Assembly (NCBI GenBank): GCA_000165425.1
Contig: CT868010.1
Location: forward strand, 62,001 to 126,000
DNA from: Paramecium tetraurelia
Lineage: Eukaryota
Direction: 5' to 3'
DNA length: 64,000 nt
Every line of letters begins with the position of its first letter. Position 1 is the stretch's first letter. The notes beneath the pieces are model-generated. The model saw only the letters and a program-made list of their open reading frames with translations, was not told the DNA's origin and made no database searches. Positions 26,459 to 40,253 of the stretch are shown in pieces. A program made the translations under genes and the position numbers.

Positions 26459-28234
26459 TCAGTTCAACAAAATGGATCTCTGTGTAACTCTTATCCTATG
26501 ATCCCAACTTCCACTAATAATCAACTCTCTTTCAGGCATATATTCAAGTGCACTAATTTATTCGGAATGTCTTTTTGCAGTTAAGATAGTCTTTCCTGTT
26601 GCAATGTCCCAGCATCTAATAGTTCTATCAGCTCCGCCAGACCATAATTATCTATTTTCGATATCAAAGGCTAGACAAGTGACTGCTTCTTAATGTCCAG
26701 CAAAAACATGTAGTCTAATGCCCCTATCCAGATTCCATATAATAATTTTTCTATCTGCTCCTCCCGAAGCAATGACTGACATAAATTCCCCCATGAGTGA
26801 TTCTTGTAGATACTTCAAACATAATATTTCTCCAGTATGTCCTTCTAATTAATCTCTGCAATATCCATTCAATATATTGAACACACTTAGAATGTTCTCA
26901 CCTCCACTAACGATAAGTCCCTTGGCTTAAACATAACATAATGCTCTAACTTTTGAACTATTTTACATGGTGAGTTTTAACTTAGGCCTATTAGTTGTCC
27001 ATATTTTAATTGTGCTGTCTAAACTACCTGATGCTAATTGTTCTAAATCCTTTAAATACACCAAAGCCTTCACAGGTTGCAGATGTCCAACTAACACACT
27101 TTCACATATCATTCTTTAATAATTCCAAATCCTCACTGTTTGATCTGCACTTGCACTACCGAAACTACTTTCATTTATCTTAGTTAATGCCCATACATCT
27201 CCTGAATGTTCATTCATCTACCCCAATGCCAATCCTCCGTCAATATCCCATATTTTAATGATACCTCCTCCTCCAGCAGAGATTAGAGAAGATTAGGAGA
27301 AGATACAAATGCAAGTCACGATATCTGTATGTCCACTTAATACTGTGTTGATAGCTTTTGCATAAATGTATCTAGATCCGCTTTGTTCTACTGAACTTCG
27401 ATTTTTGGGCAGATTGAATCCTTCCTCTGCTTTGTAGACTCTTGCAGACTTTCTTTCTGGTTGTTAATGATCTCTCAATAACTCCATTGCATTTCTTTTG
27501 AATTCGCTCATTGGGTAAAATGCCGATTTGACTAACTCTGGCTCCTAGTCTATTTGTACATTCATGGCTCGCTTTTATTCTATTTGGAATTCATTGTTCT
27601 TGAATAAATTATAAGACTACAGTGCTTTTCCTAGAGCTGTTTTTACGATAGCATAAAAATGATCAGTGCGCATATATAACTGATTCTCCAGAACTTGTTT
27701 CGAAATTACTTCAGCCTTTTTGGTTAGAGTGGGTAAAATGTTGCCAAGCATCTTATCTTGAAAATCCATCATTATTCCAAATTGACTTTCATTTATTGGT
27801 CGCACTCTCGTTGTGTAAGGGGCTACCATATTTAAGTGCTCAGATATTACTCCGAGCAAACTGCCGATATCAGTTTCATACTATTTATAATAGGAATTTG
27901 TATAATCCAAAGCAGAGGAGCAGAAGTCATCCACTTCAGCATTTATTCGAGATTTCAGAACATCAGATAGTTTGATCAATTGCTTCTTGAGTTAGTCCTT
28001 CTCGATCGTCATATGATTTTGAATGGAGTACAATTTGGCTTTGAGAGTATCAAGGTCTTTCTCAAGCAACTGTGGAACTTATTTAATTTGATAATCCATG
28101 TCTGATAGATTTTGAATCAAAGGGTAATGCTGAGCATTATGCTTGATCATACATTAATTACACAATAATTTCTAGTTGCAATCTTTGACTTGACAGATCA
28201 GAGTGTAAGGAGCATTGTGTTCGAAGCATTTCAT
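26459..28234 (-). CDS. B-box-like/coiled-coil/WD40-repeat protein
   Basis: MKCFEHNAPYTLICQVKDCNQKLLCNQCMIKH; about seven GH..SGS.D..I.IW repeats, last ISGSWDHRIRV. Confidence 0.9.
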
Positions 28235-28331
28235 TAATTAATTTTTATAATTACAGTTTTACATTTAGGTTCTAAATGCATAGAAGTATACAAACAATGT
28301 AATAATTATTTTAAAAAGAGATTTATTATTT

Positions 28332-30359
28332 TCAATACAAAGCAGTAAACTGTATTTCTGGAAGTGGTCTCTCTTCCTGCTTAATTTGCATTTGCTTTAA
28401 CATTCTTGAGTACAGAATATCGTAATGGCCCTCATTGTATTTCAAACTAATGAAGTTGGCTTGATCGTTCCTCACCTTATTAAGTTTCGGCTCAAGGGTT
28501 TACATCGATTGAATTGGATGTTTATCTGAAAAATTAATCAACTTCACCTTCAATTAAGTAATTTCACAAAAGAATTATATTGATAAAAAATCTCCTTCCT
28601 CCTCGAAACTACTGTTCCTCTCTAAGAATTCCTCTGAAGTGCTCTCATCCAAGAAGTTCTGATATTCTCCTTGTTTAGAGTACAACTTATAACTCTATAT
28701 TATTGTCGATCGCATGAAGATGATGAGCATGTCATAAAAGCCATTCACTCTGTTGATGTAATGAAGGATCACTTCTGAAAACATGAGCAAATCATTATTG
28801 TACTTTTTACTAAGCTTTTTCAACTCTTGAAAGATCTTCTTTATCAAAGTAAAGACCATTGGTCTATCTATCATCGTAGCCCTTCATTTTGTAAAATATT
28901 TACTTGTTCCAATAGATTTCATGAGCCACAAACTGATTTAATACCGTATCAAATAGGTTATTAATATATATCAACTCCAAGTAGGGAAAGAGTAAACTTG
29001 AAAATAAGCAGTTCCCGTCCCCTCTCACTCTTCTTAAATACTAAAATTCATCTAGATAATCCTTACAGGAAATTATGTAACGATCAATTAAATAATTGAT
29101 TTCTCAGCCGCCAAATCAGATAAACAATCTGACTTTTCCAACCTTTCCACTGCCCCAAAGTAATCCACCTTCATTCCCTCTAATCGATTTTAACGAACTT
29201 GGTTCATCCTCTCCAACACTTCAAACTCTAAAGCCGAACAGCGTTGACTTGGTTGACTTATTTATTTAAATGATTGTAGTTCTAATTAATTATAATTTAT
29301 ACATTTCTCTCCTCTCTATTATATTTTGGTAGTCACAAAATTGCTAATTTTCTCTGGGTTTTCCATATTGGTCTCTTCGTCTTCATTAAATTTAACTAAA
29401 TTTATTGTTTCACAAAGATTGTTTTAACAATTTTCTTCTTTTTATCCCTTCAATTGATCTGCTGCTACTTTTGATTAATTCAAAGTGTTTGATTGCTATA
29501 TCATTATGGGATCAGACTGAATTTATTCAATCTATATATGTTATTTTATTGGGGATTCCTTCTAATTTTCAGATTTTCTAATCCCAATAGTTCTCTCAAA
29601 ATTTTTCATTGAGGAAATATCCCTATTCTTCAACTCCATTAAACTTAATTGTGATATTATTATTGATTGTGCAGCATATTCAGGTATTACTTATTCCTAA
29701 TTTTATTTCTCTTGATCCTAGAATGTGGGTTCTATTAGAACTTCCTAGATTTATCCCTATTGTTCAACAAGCTGATCATAAAAGTTAATTTAATTCCCCA
29801 TCTATTGTTAATCAGATTTTTTATTCTATTCCAAAGAAGAGCAGGTTTAGAACTTGGATTCCATTTATAATGCTGCATCATCCGAAAACAATTTATGATT
29901 AATTGGGACTGTTTCATTCATATCTGGAAGCTGCTCTGTTTTCACTATGTTTCCTTGTTTGTAATAATGGCTGTTATTCTGCTAGTTATTATAGGGCATT
30001 TGAGGCTTGCCATTCACGTTGGTTGTGTATGATTTATTCGTATATTCATTGGGTTTTGGATTTTATCGATCGCATTAAGGACTATTTGGAATTTAAGAAG
30101 GAAATCTTGATACAATATTAAAGTTCTTTATTGGTTAGCTTGAATTTTAGGTGTCGAAAATCTTAGACTTTTGATGATCCTTAATAATGCTATTAGTGCC
30201 ACCTTACATAAAAATTTCTCTGTTTGTGATTCTAATCTAAGATTCTTAGTAAGGATTTTATGCTCTGTAGTCATTAATACCAGTTTTCAATTCTGGCTAT
30301 CTCTATTAGCTCGTCTGGTTGTTGTACATATGTTCTATTTTTCCTGATTTCTGATACAT
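28332..30359 (-). CDS. Otubain-like (OTU, peptidase C65) deubiquitinase with long N-terminal extension
   Basis: LRRVRGDGNCLFSSLLFPYLE (catalytic Cys) and ISLKYNEGHYDILY (catalytic His). Confidence 0.88.
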
Positions 30360-30535
30360 TTTCAAAATTTTTATAAACTAATTAATTTCAATACTCACAC
30401 TCGTTTGAATTATGAGTAGTTATTAAAATATATCAATATATTTCGAGATGTATTTGGATGAAATATTATACGAGCAAGTTACTAATTATAGATGCTTATT
30501 TTATTATTTAATTATTTATTATTCTGGAATTAAAA

Positions 30536-31070
30536 ATGGATAGTGTGAAGAAGGAACACTCATACACCTATTGGGTTAAAAATGACCCCAATCATCCCAA
30601 AATAGATTGCTAACCAAAGAAGGTGGAAGACCCTTCTCAAGTATAACAAGTGCAAACTATAGGATCTCAATGGAATGTATCAGGAACATGGGAGGAAAAG
30701 AAAGTGCCAATGGGTGAACTCAAGAAATCCCTTGAAAATATCATAGGAGTAAGAGTTACATTTAATGTCTATTTTTAGATGAAGATCGGTTAAACCAAGA
30801 TTTCAGCAGTCGAATCAGTTGATGGCGAAGCTCATCTATATTTGAGTAGAGGGAAGAAGAGAATGGGTTATCACTTGAAAATCACATATGCATTAGAAGA
30901 CGACGGATAAATTAAATACACAGACTTTACTGATGATGGAGATAGAGATGTAAGAATTTAAAATATATTATAAGTATGTGCTCGAAGATGTCACTGATTA
31001 AACAGTCAAGCATTAAATCGAGGACTTACATTTGATAACCAAAGAATTTATAGAAATATTTAAGAATTGA
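30536..31070 (+). CDS. Aha1 N-domain-only Hsp90 co-chaperone (Hch1-like)
   Basis: GSQWNVSGTWEEK, VESVDGEAHLYLSRGKKRMGYHLKI; two introns. Confidence 0.82.
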
Positions 31071-31628
31071 CTGTATTGAATTGTGTATTTAATTTATTAT
31101 TACAATACTTTTCTGAAAATAGGGTATTGGGTTAATCTATTCTTTCGTTTCTAGAATCAATCCTCAATCATTTATGATCAAAGCATAAATCCTACTTTAA
31201 AAATAGAAAGGCTTCTTTATTTAAATGTGAAACAGAGCCTCATCTAAATGCAATTTCATTTCTTAAATAAAACATAGCTTCCTAAGGTTTCTCATATTAG
31301 AATCACATCTATTAGGCACAACTATTTAAATAAATAATTTATATATTATTTTTTCAATCACAGAACTAATGGTATCAAATTACTATTTATGTATATGGCA
31401 AAAGTAAAATGATTCTTTTTATATGAAGAATTTTGATTTTTAAGTAGAAATTCAGTTGAAGTGAGCATTTATAAATCTTTAATTTGATAACTAATATTAT
31501 ATTATCAAACGACACAAAATTCATTGAAAATAATAGATATTAAGATAAAGCAATCTCTGAAGTATCTTATAAATAGTAAATAATGATGCATAATTAAAAT
31601 ATGTTAAAATGTTATACTACTTTAAATA

Positions 31629-32080
31629 TCAGAATAAACTATGTATTTGTAGGCCATCTTGATCGTAATCATCTAAGGTGTAGAGGTTTGGCAAAGCTTT
31701 ATAAATTAATTTATAGTATTGTTATGTTTGGCATATTGGGTTGAAAAGCAATCTCAATTCTAATAGGTTTGCATCGGCAAGCAATTTGAGATTGGCATCA
31801 TCGACAATCTGATTGCTAGTTCAAATAGGAATGGTATTTACTCTTGGAGAGAAAGTATTTTCAATTTTTTGAGATGGGCTATTTCTTTGAAACATTGGTT
31901 GGTCAATTCGTTTGATTCTGCAATCAATATTTCGATATCTTGTTGATCGGAGAGAAAGGAGAGATCTTTGAGTTTCAGTCCGCTGACATCCAATACTTTA
32001 AGGTTGGGTTTGAGGGGCAACTTGAGTGTTCTGACTTATTTCTGATAGTGTAATTCTTTATTATACTCTTAATTTTCCAT
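31629..32080 (-). CDS. Short LRR protein with LRR-cap
   Basis: NLKVLDVSGLKL, LKKLKILSLQDNQI, LELRLLFNPIC...ALPNLYTLDDYD; two introns. Confidence 0.78.
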
Positions 32081-32117
32081 AGGTATTTTAATTAATGTGA
32101 ATAATTGAATATTAATA

Positions 32118-34437
32118 ATGTAAAAAATAAAATAAGACGACGATGAAGAGTTCAACTTTAGAAGGCAGTTTGAGATTTAATAGAATGTAGTGGAGCCGAA
32201 GCAACTCTCCAAAGTATTATGATGTTGTTAAATAGTTCAAAGACATATTGAATCAGGCTATTGATTTGAATAAGAGAAAGAAAAACGAATTGGCTACTTA
32301 CAATAGAAGATAAGTAACTGAAGAAAGCACAAATTATACTCAACAACAACTCGATCTTATACAAGAGTAGACTGACGAAGTTCTAACTTATTAATAATAC
32401 TTGAAGACGAAGTTAGATGAAATCTTAAAGGCCAAGTTATTAACAGATAGGAAAATCAATTACTACTAAGATAATCTACGTCATATCAAGACTCAGCCTG
32501 ATCATGTTCAAAGAGAACTAGATGATTAAGTGAAGATGATGCTCAAGAAAACCTAAACTTTGACTCACCAATTTCAGAAAGAGATGGAATAATTTAAGAG
32601 TCAGTCTGAAATGAATCAAGAGAAGTATTCCAGAGAAGTGGAAATTTGTGAATAGGAAGTCAAGGAAATCCAGTTGAAAATAAAAAGATGTAAATAAAAG
32701 AATTCTGAATTATTAAAATAAATTCGTATGTTAACTGAACAGGAAGAATAAAAGAAACACTAATTATAGGAGTGTTTCAAAATTAGTGAGTATATTGAAT
32801 TTTTTATGGATGCCAAATTAAATGTTGTTGATTAAATATAAGGAAATTAGGATTAATAATAAGAGTTGGGTTAGACATTTCAACAATAGCAAATTGATAA
32901 GACATTGACAAGACACGAAATCTTGAATCAAGTGGATGAATTCTATAAGACCTAAGATATTGATCAATTGACCAAATAAATTATAAGCACTTATCATTAT
33001 CTGTTGGAACACCAGAATATGCAAACTAATGAATACAACTTTTTTACCGAGGAGAAAGCCTTAAGGTAACAACAAATCTTGCAATTGAACTATGAATTAT
33101 CTCAACTCAAGAGCATTTGCAATATTCCGCTTGATGACCAAAATAATTTCGGTTCCTATAATAATACAATTATCGAAGGACCATAAATCATTCATGAAAA
33201 TTATTAGTTGAATTTTCATTTACATGGTTATCAATTATGTATAATAACCATATACTAGAAATTGATTGATATGATCCAAAGATTATGTATCAATGTGATT
33301 TGGTTATCAGAAACCACCAAATCTATTCCCAAAACATTGGATAATAAATGCATGCAATATCTCAAAAATTTTACAAAGACTGATTTCAATTTATATGTTC
33401 CACTTGCTACTTAGAGTATTCATGTTAATAAATCCACGACCTCTAAACATTTTGGCCAATACGTTTGTATTGGAAAGAGGAATGGCAGTATTACTAGTGA
33501 AGAGATTCCTAGTGAATAAAAAATTGAATCCATGACAAGATTACCTAATGAACAATTAGCCAAGTTTAAAATGCATAAAGATTATGAATTTATTATCAAT
33601 TAATGGAATGATATCATAAGGAATGATTTCATTACCTAAACTCTACAATTAGACATTAATTTTGATAATATTGATATCACATTAAGCAACCATGAAATTA
33701 TATGTTAAATGTATGATCAATACTCTAAACTAATTAAAGAAGCTGATATATAAAAACACTTTTAAATACAATTTTCATATTATAGAGATATTATGAGACA
33801 CATTTACAAAAATAATCAAAATTTTAATTTTAAAGCTTTGACATTGAAATAAAAATTCAGCAACGAAGTTACTTCACCTTATTTGTTGTAAATTAAACAA
33901 ATTTAATTGAAGAGATTGTAGGAATAGGTCAATAATTCGAATCTAGATGATGAATGCAACTTTAAAATGCATTCAAATAGGGCTATTAATGCATCTGATG
34001 ATAGAAAATATCATGAATACTTCATTCATCAAAGTTCAAAAATCAAGAAACAATTTCCAGCCCTGCATGAAAATTTAGTTACCAAAACTCTATAAGATAT
34101 TGATGTTATGAGACAAAAGGAATTGAATGAAAATTATCAATAATCTGACTAGATTTCATCAGACATGGATTACTTGAATTAAGAGAGGAGAAATCTAAAA
34201 GGAATACTTAGTAAATAGAAATAAAAACCTTCAACTGCTCATTCCTAAAAATCTAAGACGGAATCACATGAAACTTCCAGCACTAAAACCAAAATTATTA
34301 AACAAGTTGATTTATTACACAAAATAAACAAACGTAAGAATCTTTTTATTAATCATCATTAGTTTCATCCTAAACTCGTAAATTAGAAACCAGTAATAGT
34401 TTCAATGCTGATTTAAGTAAATTTACTTAAAATGTGA
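32118..34437 (+). CDS. Long coiled-coil protein
   Basis: About 760 codons open in code 6 with a 22-nt intron near the start; E/K/Q-rich heptads. Confidence 0.7.
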
Positions 34438-34475
34438 AAAGAAAAATATCTGATTACTTTACTTAAAAATTGGAT

Positions 34476-34694
34476 ATGGATTTTTGTCAAAAGGAAGAAA
34501 GTAGAATTCTGTAGAAGCCAAGTTAATTTGAAAAAACTCTCTCTGCATCCAGATCAGTCGATCCTTATTCCATGACTCCTTATTCAGAATAAGTATTCTC
34601 ACTAGATCGAATCGATTCTTTCCGACAGATCCAGGATTCAACATAGTTAGGAAGTGCCAAAAAAGACAAGGCCTTTTTAATAAAAAGAAAATGA
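34476..34694 (+). CDS. Small hypothetical protein (72 aa)
   Basis: MDFCQKEESRILQKPS...KAFLIKRK-TGA; GC higher than flanks. Confidence 0.35.
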
Positions 34695-35042
34695 ATGATT
34701 CTTAATTATATTAATATTATTAATCAACACTAACTATAAACTCAAATATTATACTGAATAATCAAATATAAGTTTTTATTTATTTTTTTTATTCAAAAAA
34801 TATCTTTAGAAATATAAATAGTAGATTTTTTAATTTTTTGATTTTTGTGAATATTTATTAAAAACAGAGTAAAAATTCACGCAGATTAGTGATTCTTAAT
34901 TCAGGAGGTATAAGAATTATGCAAAACCTTTAATAAAGTTGTGATTATAAATGATATTATTGAGACAAGAGAGTTTTATGCAAATTTTTTTATATTCATA
35001 AGTTATTAATTTATAAGTTATTAGAAAAGTGGTTATTTTTAT

Positions 35043-36005
35043 ATGTTCGTCCCTGAAACACTAACTATTTAATAATCTCCTCAACATTAGTTCCAAACTA
35101 TTGACTAATCGCAATAACAAATAAATCCATTAGAGACCATATAATTTGGCTAAATGAAAAAATCAGCCAAAATAGTTCCAGAGCTCAAGATTAGGAAAAT
35201 ATATCTAATGAAGGTTAGCGATAATGAAATAATTAGGATAAATTACGAAACAAGCATGTTTGGATAGAGTTATAAATAAACCAATACCGATAATAAGATT
35301 CAATTATTCCCGATGAGACGAGTAAGAAATTCAATATCTTAAATATTAGAATTCTGTAGAATTTGTCTGTGTGATGATGGCAACTCTACTTTGATAAGAC
35401 CTTGTAATTGCAAAGGTTCCCTCAGGTTCATTCATGAGAATTGCCTGAAAGTTTGGATATTGGAAAAGCAAGGCATAGAGTAGGTATACAAGAATGATGT
35501 AAGTTCATTTGTTAAATAATTAGATAGATTGTGAAGTTTGTCATACAAAATTTTAAATGGAAACTAAGTTTTTAAATCAAAAACAATTTAGAATGTTAAA
35601 AAAAGCACCAAGAGCCAGAATTTGTTGTTGGGCAGTTGAGATAATAGTGACTCTAGGGATAATCGGAACAATAATTGCATTGATCTTTTAGATAATTGTA
35701 AGATTAGAGTATTATCAATCTAGAATGGTAGTCTTGAACCCATATTATTAGCTGGCACAACTGTGCTCTGTATAATAATGATCCTAATAATATCTTTGGT
35801 GTACGTAAGTTGTATCGATCAAGTGACAGTTGAAGTGCTTGATCCTTGGAGAATCCTCGACGTGCAAGGGGAAAGTGAATCGAAGTCGATTTCAATCATT
35901 GAGTTGGATAACCAAAACAAGCAGACCATCTAGACTATAAACCATAATGAGGAAAGACATGACATGCGATATTCGACTATTAATGTGGTTAAGATATAGA
36001 GTTGA
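35043..36005 (+). CDS. RING-CH (MARCH-type) membrane E3 ligase
   Basis: CRICLCDDGNSTLIRPCNCKGSLRFIHENCLKVWI...CEVC followed by hydrophobic TMs. Confidence 0.9.
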
Positions 36006-36096
36006 TAAGAATTACTATTTGTTTATGATTTTATTGCACTTGTATAAGATATTTTGTATATCCAAAGTTGTACATTAAAATAAATAATTAATCCAG

Positions 36097-38834
36097 ATGT
36101 CAAAGCCTGAGAAAGTAGATTTGAAAATTCTAGGTAGAGTGCGCCATCTAATTCCTAACAATTTCATCATTGAAAGGATTAAAAAGCATGAGGTACAAAA
36201 GAACACTGGGTAAAAGTCTATTGCTTATATTATTAGTTTAGTTAAGACTATTGAATTGCGATCGTCCAAGAGATTTACGTTGGAGTAGAACGATAAATAT
36301 GATGAGTTCTGCGATGTTTTAGATTCATTCACTTTTGGTAATGACTTAGAAGTGATTAAATAATTTGATAATTTCAAAGAAACCATCAAACCTAAAATAG
36401 CGAAGGGATCTACATTTGGTGTTGTTGATGGTGTCGAGAGTATTGATTTAAATACTTTACAAACAAAGAAGGGTAGTTTTAGGACGATACAGGATAAAAC
36501 GAATCTAATTGTATTTTGGGTATTTATGCAAATTGTTATTCTTTAGTCTTCTTTAGTTCCCAAATCAAGAAGGGCACTTGAACAATTGAATTAAATGTTG
36601 AAGTAAAATCAAGATCTAAAATTGTAAATAAAACCCGTAGCCATTTCTTTAGATGGTGATTTCAATAATCTTAGATCTTACTTTAGAGACAATAAAATAA
36701 CAGAATTCGAACATTATCGATTCTCCTTAGGATGGGATTCATCAAATGAATTTTAGAAGGCATTGGAATTAAACTATTCACCTAAAATTGTTGTTGTTGG
36801 CAAAGACAATTATGTTGTAGATGTAACAACCAAATCTAAAAAAATAGAAAACATCATTAACACATATTTTAAACTGGCTGAATCAGTTGAAGAATCTGAA
36901 GATATTCAAAAACCAAAAGATATTATTGAAAAAGAAACATATAAATAAATAAAAACAACATTAATTTAAACTATTGCAAATCAATTATCTCAAAATAATA
37001 AATTGGAGAAAAGCGATTTCTTTAAACTAAATTTAATTAAAAGTCATAAAATATCTCATGATGGTACTCAAGAACTAGTCGAAAGAAGTCAATTACATGT
37101 AGCATATGATGTCTCTGTGTAATCAGAATAAGCTATTGTAAAACTTTTGAATGAACTTAAAACCTAATTGGGCAATAATCACATTCAAATATAGAAATAA
37201 TTAGTCAAAGATACGAATGGAATTGTAAAGAAGATATCCGATGCATTTTAGGATGCTTTGAAATAGAATAACAAAGTAGTTTCAGATTATACAATCAAAA
37301 CAGAGAGTTTCAATTATGTTAATGAAAAAGGAGTATTCTAATAAGATGTTTCATAAATTAATAAGAAAGGGATATAGAATTTAACATTTTAGGAATATCA
37401 AATTATTTAATCATAAGTTGAACCCATTTTTAAGAAATATTAAGAAGAAATTGATGAAAGTGATGAAGAACATGATCATGATTCAGAATAATAATTAGAT
37501 AGGGATATAGTAAATAACCATATTAACCAATTAACAGATACTCTGAGATCTGGATTACAATTAACTGTTGGTTAAAGGTTTTAAGCAATATAGCATTACC
37601 ATAAATTTGGAAAAGATCAATAAGAAGTAATTGAACATAAAGAAAATGAAATTTTAATCATTTTCTACTGGAATAATAATAAAGAAAGTGATAGGCTAAT
37701 CCCAACAATAATCAAATTCTTGCTTGCTAATGAAGACTCCTTTAAAGATAAAGTGAGGTTTGTAGCTTTGAGTCAACATAGATTTGATCATTATTAGCAT
37801 TATTTCAGTAAAAATGAAGGTATTGAAGAAGTTATTGATTTCTATTTCCCAACAGAAGAGAATCAGGCAGATTTAGTTTAATATAATGTGACTTAATTTC
37901 CTCATTTCGTTGTTGTTAATAAGATTGGAAATATTAGTGTATTATCAGGTTAAGTAGAAGATTTAGAGTCTTTAATAGAACATAAATTAGAGGAGGGAGT
38001 TGATAATCTAAAACAAATTGTTAATTTAAGTGAGGAGAAGTACAATTAAATTGTTTAGTTTTTGAATTCTGATGCATTAACCAATCTTGCTTAATTGAAT
38101 AATAAAAGACAATTTTCTTTAAATATTACTTTCATAGAGTTTTAATGTGGTGAAAATAGGACTAGATTAGCTCCAATCTTAAATTATACAATAAGAGAAG
38201 GCAAGGAAAAGTATTTTGAGACTTATCTGAAACTTCTCAATAAAGTTAACCAGTTTTAAGTGAATAAGACAACTTAAAAAACATTCAATCTTCTATTTCC
38301 TGGAAAGGCTTGTAAATTATGTTAGAATGAATTAAATGAACAAACTCCTCAATATTACAGTCCATTTTCTGATGCATTTTATTGTGTGAAGTGTGCTGAA
38401 GTATTTGATGCAAAAGCAATTGGAAACAATAAATTAAGAGTAAAGGACAATTTGATCTTCTTCAATGCTCCTTTAGTCGATAAATCTGTGTTGAATGATA
38501 TAGATGTAAATAGATTAGGAAACAATTTGAAAGTCAAGAAAGGGGATCCTTACTCTTAGAGACATGCTATAGATTGCAATGGTTGTGATAATGAAATCAG
38601 AGGATTTAGATACATTGTGTTAAATTGCTTACCAGGGAAATTAACAGATATGGTAAATATTCATGTAGTAACAGTTCTTAGGCTCTGGTTGATTTCTGTT
38701 AGGATTGCTTTAATTAGATTAGATAAGGGGGACCACATCTGGAGAAGATAGTGAAGAGAACCTCTATGTATGGGTACAATCCGTCTATGTTATTGTTAAG
38801 AATTCCATTTTATATGGGATATTATGAGTATTGA
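36097..38834 (+). CDS. Protein with two thioredoxin-like domains lacking CxxC and C-terminal zinc fingers (ZZ-like)
   Basis: NLIVFWSSLVPKS..KPVAISLD..PKIVVVGKD; EILIIFYWNNNKES..VRFVALS..YNVTQFPHFVVVNKIG; HAIDCNGC..GFRYIVLNC..VDFCQDC. Confidence 0.72.
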
Positions 38835-38895
38835 GTTTTTAGACAGAATTTGGATATATAAATTAATGTATTAATATATATATATATAAATGTCA

Positions 38896-39803
38896 TCAAT
38901 TCTTTCTATTAGATAGATTATCTTTAATGAGCTCTGCCATCTTTAAAAATAATAGAATGATGTCCCAATAAATGGTTACACTTCCACTCACGTCATCTGC
39001 CTTATTGATATCGTAGGAGTCTCCGCAACTAGATAATGGATCTATAATACTTCAGGTTAGTGTAAGTGTCGTAAAGCAATAGAAAGGCGAATAAAAAGGA
39101 GGACAGAGATATGAACATGATCCAAAAGAGGGATATCTTGGTGAATATTGTGAACAGTTCAAACACTATCAAGATGCTCGCTGAGACAAACAAGACAGCT
39201 CCTGAATATGTTATCTTTCTTCTTACGGTTGATGAGTATAAAAATAAAAAGAATATTAAGCCTATTTAAAAACTTTAACTTACTTGCAAAATTAACAAAG
39301 AGCAACAACCCTATTTAGGAATTACCAAAGGCAACCAAGCAACCACAAACAGAGGCAAATGACAAGGTGAATACAATGAAGACTAGCCAATTCGTAGGAG
39401 ACACGGTAATTCGATTGCGATAAATCAAAGCCAAGGTGGCTGTTCCTATACAGATTCCCAAACTCAGCCAAAATATCCATTTGGTTTCTTCCAGGAAATG
39501 ATCTAAGGCAGGTATGGAATGCACAATCCATACGTAGACACCTATGTGAATTAGAAGGACTTACATATGATGATCATTTGCAAGAACAATTTGGAAAAGA
39601 GGTTTCTGGCATAGATGACTCTGCCATTGAAGGACTGATCGTAAGCATTGACGACTTCAGTGGTTTGAGCTTGCTTATTCCTTGTGGAAAGACGAGGATC
39701 TCCAGTTCGAATAGAGCTTTCAAATAACATAATAATTTTAACAATAATTATAAATACTTGAGTGTGTGAATGAAATACTCTTCTGTATCCTGTATGAATA
39801 CAT
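38896..39803 (-). CDS. Bax inhibitor-1/TMBIM family membrane protein
   Basis: Multiple TMs; SPTNWLVFIVFTL, FLLLYDT, SVTIYWDIILLFLKM. Confidence 0.85.
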
Positions 39804-39904
39804 TTTGTGTGATAATTAATGAATAAAATTGAAATAGAGAGTCTGGACTCGAGATTAGGAATTATATGTTGATATAATCAATAATTATATTAATTTTCAT
39901 AAAA

Positions 39905-40253
39905 ATGGATTAGGAAATCAGGCCAAAGCGTTAGAGCATTTTAAAGCGACAATCAACTTTCGATAAGCCGAATTACATGGAGGAGAAAGAGAAGCAACAC
40001 CAATAAAATTAGAATAATATATAAGAGGACTTGCATGTCCAAATAGATAGTAGTGTGAAGATCATCACAATTCCTGAGGTTCATGAGGCCTAGGTGATTC
40101 AAGAACAAGATGAAAGTATGTGATTGTTGTAATAGTTAAGTTCATTTTCCAAAGAAAGTCAATAATTTAAGCGAGGCCGAACTCATTAAGTTAGCATTAA
40201 AGTATGATGATTTACCTTATATCTAGAAAACCTTAAATATGGGAGGAAGATGA
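39905..40253 (+). CDS. Small hypothetical protein
   Basis: MDQEIRPKRQSILKRQSTFDK...; one intron; stop position depends on acceptor choice. Confidence 0.5.

Noticed and set aside
31080..31600. Possible gene between Aha1-N and the LRR gene
   Set aside because: Only broken frames, no motif
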